A stretch of 64,000 bases of DNA from Candidatus Omnitrophota bacterium (GTDB lineage Bacteria > Omnitrophota > Gorgyraeia > Gorgyraeales > Gorgyraeaceae). Position 1 is the first letter of the stretch, and each line of letters opens with the position of its first letter. The stretch covers positions 2,696 to 66,695 of the forward strand of contig JAHJHC010000088.1 of NCBI GenBank assembly GCA_018824145.1, written 5' to 3'. Shown here piece by piece: positions 39,271-48,484 of the stretch. The notes below the pieces were generated by a model. The model saw only the letters and a list, made by a program, of their open reading frames with translations, had not been told where the DNA came from and did not search any database. Made by a program: the position numbers and the translations under genes.

Positions 39271-39744
39271 ATGGTGTTATTTGTCTTTAAATGATGATGC
39301 GAAGAAAGCTAACGCTAAAAGCTATCAGTATTTCATGTTTAATTCCGTAGGGTTAAGAGTCAGAGGGGAGGAGTATGTTTTGCCGGAGGAACCTCAGGTT
39401 GTACAAGATAATATCATTGGAATAGAAAACCGTGCAGGGGATACCTGGAAATTGAAACGATGGAATAAATATTCTGAATTGATAAGTTTATTAAAGATAT
39501 AAATGATTGTAAGATTATTGTAACCGGAGATACTTTGGCGATGCATCTTGGTTTGGGATTGAAAAAGAAAACAGTGGTAATGTTCGGACCTACTTCAAGT
39601 TCTGAGATATACTCTTATGGCAGAATGATAAAAGCAGTTTCTCCTATTACGTGCCAATGTTGTTATAAAAGGGAATGTTTAAAGAATCCAAGTTGCATGG
39701 ATTTGATTCCAGTCAAAAAGGTCTTTGATGTAATATTAGATTAA
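39271..39744 (+). pseudogene. GT9 (heptosyltransferase-like) remnant with deletions
   Basis: KKANAKSYQ...IGIENRAGDTWKLKRW, then in another frame INDCKIIVTGDTLAMHLGLGLKK..V.MFGPT...CQCCYKREC...CMD. Confidence 0.75.
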
Positions 39745-40947
39745 AGCCAGCAATATCCAGAAAAAAAGACCTACCTGAGGAATGAAATATGTGTTGTCTA
39801 TTAGATTGTGCGAGAAGAAAGCTAACCCGCCTAACAGTATAATGCTATTTTTCGGGTCTTCCTTGAATTTCCTTAAAAATAGGATGATTAAATATACTAC
39901 GCTTAGAAGTCCTAATATACCTGTTTCAACGCCTTGATGTAGGAGTATGTTGTGTGCATAGCGTGTATTTGTGGTTACGCCAACCTTATACTTTAGGAAT
40001 ACTTCTTTGAAGTTTCCTGCGCCTACGCCGGTTATAGGATGGGCTTTTATAATAGCCATTGAAGTGCGCCAGTAATTTAGGCGCTGGGTTATGGAATTTT
40101 GTGGGTTTTCAAGGTTCGTCAGGCGTTCCCATCGGTTTATTAGAATGAAAGTAATGACAATAGCTATAAGGATAAAGGTTGTTATAGGGATTATCTTTTG
40201 TTTTTTGAGGGATTTGTATGAAAGGATGACTAATATGGTTAACGCGAAGGTAAGGCTTAACCATGCCCCCATTGATTTTGTGAAGATAAGGGCAATAGCT
40301 ATTAAAAGTGATGCTGCGTACCAAAATAAGGGACGGAGCCCATTTTTTAAAAAATGGGCTCCGTCCCTTATTAAATGCAATGAAAAGAAAAACATTATTA
40401 TCAAATATCCCCCAAAAACAGTAGGGGAGGGGAATGTTCCTATTGTGCGCTTTGCGATTAATATATCTTTTGCATAGGAAGATTTTAAGAGGAAGTCGCT
40501 ATTTATCTTTCTGAGATAGTCTAAAGTGCGCTGGTATCCCCAGAAATATTGATATATTGAGTATATGCTTATTATTACACTAGCTATGACAATGGTTTTA
40601 ATCAGTAAATTTTTCTGCTTTTCGTTAAGTTGACTTACAGTAAAGAAAATAGCGAAAAAACTCACGAACTTAATAGTTTCTCTGATGGAATTCTGGAAAT
40701 TGACCGAGAAGACAGTGGATATAGTATAGGCCAAGAAAATCAGTAAGATCGGAACATGGAAGGCATTTTTTGAAATCATTTTTTTATTAACGAGCAAGGT
40801 TAGAATTGCAAGAAATATAATAACATTCTGATAGTAAGTTTCTACCGTTGGATAAGCAAGGCCGGAGAAAAAAGGCCTAATAAAGACAAAGAATACTAAA
40901 GGGATAAATATGAAATATGATAAAGGTTTAGATTTTGAGGAAGTCAT
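39736..40947 (-). CDS. O-antigen ligase (Wzy_C) family membrane protein
   Basis: Polytopic; R..GTF.SP, TKSMGAW, R..YW, HPITGVGAGNF, AHN..L. Confidence 0.85.
   Translation of the reverse strand: MTSSKSKPLSYFIFIPLVFFVFIRPFFSGLAYPTVETYYQNVIIFLAILTLLVNKKMISKNAFHVPILLIFLAYTISTVFSVNFQNSIRETIKFVSFFAIFFTVSQLNEKQKNLLIKTIVIASVIISIYSIYQYFWGYQRTLDYLRKINSDFLLKSSYAKDILIAKRTIGTFPSPTVFGGYLIIMFFFSLHLIRDGAHFLKNGLRPLFWYAASLLIAIALIFTKSMGAWLSLTFALTILVILSYKSLKKQKIIPITTFILIAIVITFILINRWERLTNLENPQNSITQRLNYWRTSMAIIKAHPITGVGAGNFKEVFLKYKVGVTTNTRYAHNILLHQGVETGILGLLSVVYLIILFLRKFKEDPKNSIILLGGLAFFSHNLIDNTYFIPQVGLFFWILLALI
40325..40372. repeat. Perfect 48-bp palindrome in frame within the ligase gene
   Basis: AATAAGGGACGGAGCCCATTTTTT|AAAAAATGGGCTCCGTCCCTTATT; 24-bp arms, no loop. 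Confidence 0.92.
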
Positions 40948-40962
40948 GATATAATTTATTTT

Positions 40963-41856
40963 ATGATATCAGTAATTATTGTAAATTACAATAAGAAAGA
41001 TTTATTGAAGAGATGTCTGGATTCTGTTAGGGGACAGGGTTTTAAGGACATAGAGATTATTGTGGTGGATAATGCGTCTCCGGACGATAGCGTTGAAATG
41101 GTTAGGATGTATTATCCTGAAGCTAAATTGATATGGAATACAAGAAATTTGCTTTTTTGTAAGGCATATAATCAGGGGATAGATGCCTCGAAAGGGAATT
41201 TTATAGTATGTTTAAATAATGATGTTGTCTTGGATAAAGATTATTTAAAAGAGGCCTTGTTTGCAATAGGTCTGGATAATAGAATTGGCATGGTCAGCGG
41301 CAAGATTTTAAGGGTGGACAAAAAGACAATAGATTCTGCGGGTCTTTTCCTGGGTAAGAATAGGAAACCTATCGAAAGAGGTTATGGAAAACAGGATGAA
41401 GCGCAATATGAAAAACCAGGTTATGTCTTTGGAGTGAGCGGTGCCTGCGCTTTTTTTAGAAGGAGCATACTCATGGATATAAAAGATGAGAATGGATATT
41501 TTGACGAGAGATTTGGTATGTATTATGAGGATCTGGATTTATGTTGGAGGGCACAGAAAAAAGGATGGAAGGCTTATTATTATCCGAAGGCTGTAGCATA
41601 TCATGTTAGATCTGCAACAGCAGTTGGCCGGATAGGGATAAAGAAAATAAACTTGCCTTACCTGACAGATAGTTTAAAGAGGATGTATATTAAGAATAGA
41701 TACTTATGCATGAAGAAAAATGATTCTCTGAGAGGAATTTTGTTGAACTTGCCGTTTATTATATGCTATGAGATGAAAATATGGTTATACATGTTTTTTA
41801 ATTTAGCTCTCAAGAGCTCTCAAGAGATTTTTCTTGACCGTGATAAAAAAACATAG
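40963..41856 (+). CDS. GT2 glycosyltransferase (WbbL-like)
   Basis: SVIIVNYN, VDNAS.D, LNND, FDERFGMYYEDLDLCWRA. Confidence 0.9.
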   Translation: MISVIIVNYNKKDLLKRCLDSVRGQGFKDIEIIVVDNASPDDSVEMVRMYYPEAKLIWNTRNLLFCKAYNQGIDASKGNFIVCLNNDVVLDKDYLKEALFAIGLDNRIGMVSGKILRVDKKTIDSAGLFLGKNRKPIERGYGKQDEAQYEKPGYVFGVSGACAFFRRSILMDIKDENGYFDERFGMYYEDLDLCWRAQKKGWKAYYYPKAVAYHVRSATAVGRIGIKKINLPYLTDSLKRMYIKNRYLCMKKNDSLRGILLNLPFIICYEMKIWLYMFFNLALKSSQEIFLDRDKKT

Positions 41857-41862
41857 TATAAT
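41834..41862 (+). promoter_or_regulatory. sigma70 promoter of rpsO-pnp
   Basis: TTGACC(41834)-17 nt-TATAAT(41857). Confidence 0.7.
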
Positions 41863-41882
41863 CCTCTTCGATAGGGGGAGAA

Positions 41883-42152
41883 ATGGCAGTAGTAAAAGAG
41901 AAGAAAAAAGAGCTCATAAAGGGGTTTGCTGAACACGAAAAAGATACTGGTTCTTGCAGTGTGCAGGTAGCTTTACTAACCGAACGGATTAATAATCTTA
42001 CGGAACATTTTAAGTCACATAAAAAAGATTTTAATTCCAGGGTAGGTCTTTTACGTTTGGTCAGTCAAAGAAAGAGGCTCCTGGATTATCTAAAAAAAGA
42101 GAATACTGAAAGATATCGCGAGCTTATAGGAAAATTAAAACTGAAGAAATAG
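41883..42152 (+). CDS. rpsO: 30S ribosomal protein S15
   Basis: [20 protein letters not shown]...HKKD..SR.GL; 89 aa. Confidence 0.97.
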   Translation: MAVVKEKKKELIKGFAEHEKDTGSCSVQVALLTERINNLTEHFKSHKKDFNSRVGLLRLVSQRKRLLDYLKKENTERYRELIGKLKLKK

Positions 42153-42156
42153 ATGG

Positions 42157-42230
42157 AAAGCGGATTTATCGGCCCTGGGATAATATGTATTTTATAAATA
42201 AGAGACAGGGGACATGATTCCGCTTTTTTT
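42157..42230 (+). terminator. Long imperfect stem-loop with T-tract after rpsO (terminator or processing site)
   Basis: AAAGCGGATTTATCGGCCCTG ... CAGGGGACATGATTCCGCTTTTTTT. Confidence 0.5.
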
Positions 42231-42242
42231 ATAACACAGCAA

Positions 42243-42297
42243 TGTAGCTGCAGCATCTTATGCTGCATAGAAGGCATGGCAAGGCCATGCAACTACA
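42243..42297. repeat. GTAG-type REP doublet (REPIN-like) upstream of pnp
   Basis: TGTAGCTGCAGCATCTTATGCTGC...GCATGGCAAGGCCATGCAACTACA: two GTAG-hairpins in inverted orientation. Confidence 0.78.
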
Positions 42298-42314
42298 GAG
42301 TGATAGGAGAAATT

Positions 42315-44402
42315 ATGGATCATATTAAAGTCGAGACAAAGATTGGCAGAGAAAATTTGATTATCGAAGTCGGAAAAATGGCAAAGCAGGCAAATGGGTC
42401 AGTCTGCGTGCAATATGGCGGCACAGTGGTTTTGGTTGCAGCCGTGTGTTCTAAGGAATTGCGCGAAGGTATAGATTTTTTTCCTCTTACAGTAGAATAT
42501 CAGGAAAAGACTTATGCAGCAGGTAAGATCCCCGGCGGATACTTTAAACGGGAAGGCAGGCCTTCGGAGAAGGAGATATTGACTGCCAGACTGATAGACC
42601 GGCCTATAAGACCGCTATTTCCAAAGGGATTTATGAACGAGGTCCAGATCTTCAGCATAGTATTTTCAAGTGACGGAGAGAATGATTCTGATATCCCTGC
42701 CATAATAGGTGCTTCAGCTGCATTGACTATTTCAGATATACCTTTTTCAGGGCCTATCGGTGCAGTGAAGGTCGGTTTAGTAGATGATAAGTTTATCGCA
42801 AATCCGACTTTTAAAGAGCTTGAAAATAGTGCCTTGGAGCTGGTTGTGGTTGGTTTTAAGGATAAGATCATTATGCTGGAGGCAGGCGCTAACGAGGTTT
42901 CCGAAGATAAAATGCTTGAGGCTATAGAGTTTGCACAAAAGCATATAAGCGAGACTATTGCTTTACAGGAAGATCTGCAGAAGAAGGTCGGCAAGGAGAA
43001 ATTTGAACCAGAGTTGAAAGTGACGCAGGAAGGATTGTATGGAAAGGTCAGGGACTTGTCTGTCCCTGAATTGCAGAAAATAAATTCGCTTCCAATAGAA
43101 GAGCAAAGAAAAGAGGCCTTGGATATTTTAAGTAAATCTATAGTAGAGAAATTAAAGGCTGAAGACGGAGCCTTGAACGATACCGATATAAAGAATGCCT
43201 TGGGCAAGGTTGAAAAAGAGGAGATCAGAAAGTTTATTCTTGGGAAAAGGACAAGGGTTGACGGAAGAAAGGATACGGATATAAGGACTATAAGTTGTGA
43301 AGTCGGGATATTACCGAGGACTCATGGGTCCGGTCTTTTTACCAGGGGCCAGACACAGAGTTTATCCACCACTACACTTGGAACTAGTCAGGATGAACAG
43401 CGGTTGGATGACCTTGAAGGAGAGAGGTTTAAGAGCTTTATGTTGCATTATAATTTTCCGCCTTTCAGCGTAGGTGAGGTTAGGCCCGCCAGAGGGCCTG
43501 GCAGAAGGGAAATCGGCCACGGCGCTTTAGCAGAAAGGGCACTTAAGGCAGTAATGCCTTCCAATGAGGAATTTCCTTATACAGTGAGAGTGGTTTCGGA
43601 TATCTTGGAATCAAATGGCTCTAGCAGTATGGCAACTGTATGTGCGGCAACCCTTTCCCTTATGGATGCAGGTGTTCCCATAAAGAAACCTGTTGTAGGG
43701 ATAGCAATGGGTTTGATAAAAGAGGATAAGGATACGATGATCTTGACTGATATTGCGGGTATTGAGGACCATTTTGGCGATATGGATTTTAAAATTACGA
43801 GCACGGATTCCGGAATTACTGCTCTTCAGATGGATCTGAAGATCGACGGTATAGATATTGCATTAATAAAAAAGATAGTAAAGCAGGCGAGCCCTGCCAG
43901 GGATTTTATCCTAAATAAAATCTCAGAAGTGATAGGTAAACCCAGGGAAGAGGTTTCGGAATACGCGCCTAAGATAATTTCAATCACCATTAATAAGGAA
44001 AAGATCAGAGATCTGATAGGTCCCGGAGGAAAAGTAATAAAGAGGATAATTAAGGATACGGGCGCAACTGTCGAGGTGGAAGATGACGGTAAGGTCTCTG
44101 TATCATCAGATAGCCAGGAGTCTATCACGAAGGCCATAGAAATCATAAAGGGCATAACAGGCGAGGCAGAGATAGGTACGGTTTACGAAGGCACGGTTAC
44201 CCGTGTGATGAATTTTGGTGCGTTTTGTGAAATATTCCCCGGTAAAGAAGGCCTGGTTCATGTGTCTGAAATAGCAGATAAGTTCGTGAAGAATGTAGAG
44301 GATGTTATCAAGGTGGGCGATAAGGTCAAAGTGAAGCTTATTAAAATAGATGAGATGGGCAGGTATAATCTCAGCATAAAACAGGCCCAGGTCCAAGAAT
44401 AA
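42315..44402 (+). CDS. pnp: Polyribonucleotide nucleotidyltransferase
   Basis: DFFPLTVEY, GKIPGG..KREGRP, RREIGHGALAERAL, SNGSSSMA, KH and S1 domains. ATG 42315 follows AGGAGA. Confidence 0.97.
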   Translation: MDHIKVETKIGRENLIIEVGKMAKQANGSVCVQYGGTVVLVAAVCSKELREGIDFFPLTVEYQEKTYAAGKIPGGYFKREGRPSEKEILTARLIDRPIRPLFPKGFMNEVQIFSIVFSSDGENDSDIPAIIGASAALTISDIPFSGPIGAVKVGLVDDKFIANPTFKELENSALELVVVGFKDKIIMLEAGANEVSEDKMLEAIEFAQKHISETIALQEDLQKKVGKEKFEPELKVTQEGLYGKVRDLSVPELQKINSLPIEEQRKEALDILSKSIVEKLKAEDGALNDTDIKNALGKVEKEEIRKFILGKRTRVDGRKDTDIRTISCEVGILPRTHGSGLFTRGQTQSLSTTTLGTSQDEQRLDDLEGERFKSFMLHYNFPPFSVGEVRPARGPGRREIGHGALAERALKAVMPSNEEFPYTVRVVSDILESNGSSSMATVCAATLSLMDAGVPIKKPVVGIAMGLIKEDKDTMILTDIAGIEDHFGDMDFKITSTDSGITALQMDLKIDGIDIALIKKIVKQASPARDFILNKISEVIGKPREEVSEYAPKIISITINKEKIRDLIGPGGKVIKRIIKDTGATVEVEDDGKVSVSSDSQESITKAIEIIKGITGEAEIGTVYEGTVTRVMNFGAFCEIFPGKEGLVHVSEIADKFVKNVEDVIKVGDKVKVKLIKIDEMGRYNLSIKQAQVQE

Positions 44403-44403
44403 C

Positions 44404-44456
44404 GTAGTTGCAGCACCTTGTGCTGCCAATGTAGCACCATGAGATGGTGCAGCTAC
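44404..44456. repeat. GTAG-type REP doublet downstream of pnp
   Basis: GTAGTTGCAGCACCTTGTGCTGC...GCACCATGAGATGGTGCAGCTAC. Confidence 0.78.
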
Positions 44457-44462
44457 ATTTAT

Positions 44463-45209
44463 ATGACATTGTTTGAAGCGATAATTTCAGGCATTGTGCA
44501 AGGCCTGACAGAGTTTCTTCCTATCTCGAGCTCCGGCCATCTTGTTATTCTCCACAGAATAATTGGACTCCAGGAGCCTCAAATAGCCTTTGATATTTTT
44601 TTGCATGTAGGTACTCTCATAGCAATATTTATAGTATTCTGGAGAGATATCCTGGATGTTTTTGGTTCTAAAAAGAAGACAGGCATTTTAATTTTATTAG
44701 GGACTGCTCCAACAGCGATTTTTATAGCGCTCTTCGGAGAAAAAGTTGCGGCTTCATTTACAAATGTTAGATTTGTTGGAGCCATGCTGATTGTAACCGG
44801 ACTCTGGTTGATCTTGGGGAATTTCTTCAGGTATGGTACGACGCAATTCTCAGGATTTAAGGCTATTTTTATCGGATTAGCGCAGGGCATCGCTGCCTTC
44901 CCGGGAATATCAAGAAGCGGTGCGACTATTTCCACTGCACTATTTCTGGGAATCGATCCTAAAAGCGCTGCCAGGTTTTCTTTTTTATTAGCTATCCCGG
45001 CGATTATAGGGGCCTTTTTATTGAAGATAAAGGACTTCTCTCTTAACGGAAGCAATATGAATAACTACATCCTTGGCCTAGTCGTATCTTGTATCGTCGG
45101 TATTTTGTCATTAAAATTGTTATTAAGGGTTCTTTATAGGAATAAATTTCATTTGTTTGGGATTTATTGTATAGTGGCCGGGCTGCTGGTGCTCGGATTT
45201 TTAAAATGA
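44463..45209 (+). CDS. uppP: Undecaprenyl-diphosphate phosphatase (BacA)
   Basis: GIVQGLTEFLPISSSGHL, PGISRSGAT, ARFSFLL. Start 44463; the upstream extension translates the REP. Confidence 0.95.
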   Translation: MTLFEAIISGIVQGLTEFLPISSSGHLVILHRIIGLQEPQIAFDIFLHVGTLIAIFIVFWRDILDVFGSKKKTGILILLGTAPTAIFIALFGEKVAASFTNVRFVGAMLIVTGLWLILGNFFRYGTTQFSGFKAIFIGLAQGIAAFPGISRSGATISTALFLGIDPKSAARFSFLLAIPAIIGAFLLKIKDFSLNGSNMNNYILGLVVSCIVGILSLKLLLRVLYRNKFHLFGIYCIVAGLLVLGFLK

Positions 45210-47482
45210 AAAAAAACAAAAAAAACCTTATAGTTTCTTTTGGATTATTCGGTCTGGCATTGTTGTTGCTGGCGGCGTTGATTTCTTATTCTCCTTACGA
45301 TATCCGTTTTGAGACATCTAAGCCTAATCTCTCTACAAGAAATTATATCGGCATAGTCGGTGCCTACACCGCGTGGATTATATTCAAGATCGTAGGATAT
45401 GCGGGGTTTCTTATACCGCTCTTGTGCGTGGTCTGGGGCATGGGTATGCTCACTGAAAAATTGACACAGCGGCCGGTATTTAGATTCCTGGGGATAATCT
45501 TATTGTTTTCTTCAGCTGCTACGCTTTTTAGTTTGACCGGTATAGATGACCCTGTGTTTATGGTCGAAAGGGGAGGCATCCTCGGTTTTTATATAGCGAA
45601 TATCCTTCTTGAATACTTTGGGATCATGGGAGGGTATATAATAACTACTACTTTGAGTATTTTAGCGCTTTTAGCCTGCACTGAATTTCTGATCTTAACC
45701 TTTGCCTCATTTTTGGTTTTACGCACATGGAATCTGTATAAAGGCTTGAAAATAAAACGGGCCCAGAAAAAAATATTTAAACCTAAAGAGCGTATCGAAC
45801 CAAGGCCGAGATTAAAGCCAGCAGTGAAGATGCCTTCCTACGCCAAGACTTCGGATGACAGGTTGGATGGCAGGCAGAAGACACCTCTTGAACCCCGAGC
45901 CTGTCAAGAGGGCATTTTAGATAGGGAAGAAGATGACCAAAGGGGGTCCCGAGCGGAGTCGAGGGAAAGGCCAAGAATAATTTTACCTAAAGTTAAACCA
46001 GCGCCAAAGCCGGTCCCTAAAAAACCAGTAAAGATCGAACCGCGCATAGTAGGTGACTATAAACTGCCTACCCTGGACTTGTTGGACTTAGCCCCGCCTG
46101 AATCAGAAAGGACGTTGGATGATGGTTTAGAGGACAGTGCCGGGATCCTGGAAGATACGTTACGTGATTTTGGCATAGAGTCAAAGGTGGTGGATATAAG
46201 TAAAGGCCCTGTGATTACCAGATACGAATTGCAACTTGCCCCAGGGGTGAAGGTAAATAGGATCACGGCTTTGAGTGATGATATAGCCCTTACTATGAAG
46301 GCCCCGACTGTTAGGATCGTTGCCCCTATACCGGGAAAATCAGCAGTGGGTATAGAGGTCCCTAATCAGAAAACAGCACTGGTATATATAAGGGAAATAC
46401 TTGAATCCAAGGAATATCAGAAAATGGCATCTAGTTCAAAACTTGCCATAGCACTTGGAAAAGATATCTCGGGTAAGAGTGTTGTAGCGGATATCGGTGA
46501 TATGCCGCATCTTTTTATTGCAGGTACTACTGGTTCAGGGAAAACAGTATGTGTTAATTCTTTGATAATGAGCATGATTTATAACGCTACCCCGGATGAG
46601 TTGAAATTTTTAATGATTGATCCCAAAATGGTGGAATTGGCTATCTATAATGGCCTACCCCATCTTTTATGTCCAGTGGTTACTGATGCGAAAAAGGCTA
46701 AGGCAGCCCTTGGTTGGGTGGTAAGTGAGATGGAAGCAAGATATAAATTGCTGGCAAATCTTACTGTCAGGAACATCGATGCGTTTAATGTAAAGTCAGA
46801 AGATAAACTCCCTTATATAGTGGTAATTATAGATGAGCTTGCAGACCTTATGATGACAGTCCAGGAAGATGTGGAAAATGCGATTACCAGGCTTGCCCAG
46901 CTTTCAAGGGCAGTGGGCATACATATGATACTTGCAACGCAAAGGCCGTCGGTTGATGTGGTAACAGGCGTAATAAAGGCAAACTTCCCGGCAAGGGTCT
47001 CTTTTAAGGTGGCGTCAAAAGTGGATTCAAGGACTGTTTTGGATATGAACGGTGCTGATAAATTACTGGGAAAAGGGGATATGTTGTTTTTAAAGCCTGG
47101 TAACGAGAAGCCGATAAGGGCCCAGGGTACACTTCTTACTGATGCGGAGATAGAAAAGGTCGTTACTATGGTAAAGGAACAGAGGGAGCCTGTTTATAGT
47201 GACGAGATACTCGAGGAACAGGCAAAGGGTGTATCCGGTACATCAGGATTTTCGAAGGATGAATTTTTTGATGAGGCAGTAAAGATGGTGCTCCAAACAG
47301 GCCAGGCATCTGTATCAATGCTCCAGCGCAGGCTTAGGCTGGGTTATACGAGGGCTGCAAGATTGATAGACACTATGGAAGAACAGGGGATAATAGGCCC
47401 TTTTAGAGGAAGCAAGCCGAGAGAGATTTTGGTAAAAGAATATAAAAGTGAAGTAGAACCCTCTGAAGAAGATACATTATAG
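45206..47482 (+). CDS. ftsK: DNA translocase FtsK/SpoIIIE
   Basis: N-terminal TM domain, GPVITRYE, MPHL.IAGTTGSGKT, IDELADLMM, ATQRPSVDV, gamma domain LQRRLRLGYTRAAR. Confidence 0.96.
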   Translation: MKKNKKNLIVSFGLFGLALLLLAALISYSPYDIRFETSKPNLSTRNYIGIVGAYTAWIIFKIVGYAGFLIPLLCVVWGMGMLTEKLTQRPVFRFLGIILLFSSAATLFSLTGIDDPVFMVERGGILGFYIANILLEYFGIMGGYIITTTLSILALLACTEFLILTFASFLVLRTWNLYKGLKIKRAQKKIFKPKERIEPRPRLKPAVKMPSYAKTSDDRLDGRQKTPLEPRACQEGILDREEDDQRGSRAESRERPRIILPKVKPAPKPVPKKPVKIEPRIVGDYKLPTLDLLDLAPPESERTLDDGLEDSAGILEDTLRDFGIESKVVDISKGPVITRYELQLAPGVKVNRITALSDDIALTMKAPTVRIVAPIPGKSAVGIEVPNQKTALVYIREILESKEYQKMASSSKLAIALGKDISGKSVVADIGDMPHLFIAGTTGSGKTVCVNSLIMSMIYNATPDELKFLMIDPKMVELAIYNGLPHLLCPVVTDAKKAKAALGWVVSEMEARYKLLANLTVRNIDAFNVKSEDKLPYIVVIIDELADLMMTVQEDVENAITRLAQLSRAVGIHMILATQRPSVDVVTGVIKANFPARVSFKVASKVDSRTVLDMNGADKLLGKGDMLFLKPGNEKPIRAQGTLLTDAEIEKVVTMVKEQREPVYSDEILEEQAKGVSGTSGFSKDEFFDEAVKMVLQTGQASVSMLQRRLRLGYTRAARLIDTMEEQGIIGPFRGSKPREILVKEYKSEVEPSEEDTL
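45833..45966 (+). repeat. Cluster of degenerate REP-like elements in frame in the FtsK linker
   Basis: CCTTCCTACGCCAAGACTTCGGATGACAGG; CCCCGAGCCTGTCAAGAGGG; GTCCCGAGCGGAGTCGAGGGA. The core GAGC-NN-AGTCGA recurs at 48063-48083. Confidence 0.5.
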
Positions 47483-47524
47483 TTAGTTTAGCCCGTTGCA
47501 TAGAATTAACGGAGTCAACGGATT

Positions 47525-48427
47525 ATGTCCGATTCACTAGGAAAAACACTCAAAAGGATTAGAGAAGCTAAAAAGCTTTCCATAGAAGAGGCTTCAGAAA
47601 AAACCCGCATATCTAAAAAAATCCTGCAGACCATAGAAGAAGATAGATTAAACGAGCTCCCTTCAGAGTTTTATGCCAGGGGTTTTATAAAGACATACTC
47701 CAGGTTCCTTAATGCGTCCGAAGAAAAGAAAATAAAAGAATATTTATCAGGTATCCAGCAAAAAGAAAAGCCTATCCTTATATTGGAAGGCGAGAAAGTC
47801 CCGGGGGACTGGTTTTTGAAGCATAAAAAGTATATCGGCATAGCAGTTATTGCGATTTTCAGTATGTGGACGATTTTATTCAGTGTTGTGCAGGTAACGA
47901 AATTTGTAAAAAATACTTCTGCAAAGTTCAAGATACAGATGGCTAAGAGACGGGAGGCAAAAGAGGAGCAAAAAAAGAAGATAGAGCAAAAAAAGAAGGC
48001 AGATGAAGAGAAAAAGAAGAAAGAAGCTGCAGAGAAAAAGAAGGCAGCTGCAAAGATTGCCCGCCCTGAGCAAAGTCGAAAGGATTTACCTGCACCTTCG
48101 TCTGCAGCTACTGCTACGGTCGCATCTAGTAAAGTAAGTTCAGAAACGACAACGCCCGTAAAAAAAGAAAATATCGAGCTTGAGATCATAGCGCATTATA
48201 ACTCCTGGGTCGAGATCATTAGCGACGGAGAGCTTGTATTTAGAGGCATATTGAAAAAAGGGACTGAGGATATTTGGAAGGCAAAAAAAGAGATGAAGTT
48301 GGAAGTCGGCAACGCAGGCGGCGTAGAGCTGACGCTCAATGAGAAAAAACTCGGTACCCCCGGCAAAAAGGGAGAGAAGAAGGAAGTCATTATTACGGAA
48401 GACGGGTATAAAATAAGTGCGCTGTAG
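47525..48427 (+). CDS. RodZ-like HTH/TM/DUF4115 protein
   Basis: LGKTLKRIRE...IEE, YARGFIKTY, one TM, SWVEIISDG...VGNAGGV; located between ftsK and rimO. Confidence 0.82.
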   Translation: MSDSLGKTLKRIREAKKLSIEEASEKTRISKKILQTIEEDRLNELPSEFYARGFIKTYSRFLNASEEKKIKEYLSGIQQKEKPILILEGEKVPGDWFLKHKKYIGIAVIAIFSMWTILFSVVQVTKFVKNTSAKFKIQMAKRREAKEEQKKKIEQKKKADEEKKKKEAAEKKKAAAKIARPEQSRKDLPAPSSAATATVASSKVSSETTTPVKKENIELEIIAHYNSWVEIISDGELVFRGILKKGTEDIWKAKKEMKLEVGNAGGVELTLNEKKLGTPGKKGEKKEVIITEDGYKISAL

Positions 48428-48457
48428 CGCCAGACGTACAGTGAGTGTCACTAGTAC

Positions 48458-48484
48458 AAAAGGGGACGAATGTCCCCATTTTTT
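48458..48484. repeat. GGGGAC/GTCCCC hairpin directly before the rimO start
   Basis: AAAAGGGGAC-GAAT-GTCCCCATTTTTT. Confidence 0.55.

Noticed and set aside
47940-48060. Low-complexity AAG/GAA-rich tract as a tandem repeat or array
   Set aside because: It is simply the Lys/Glu/Ala-rich linker of the RodZ-like protein.
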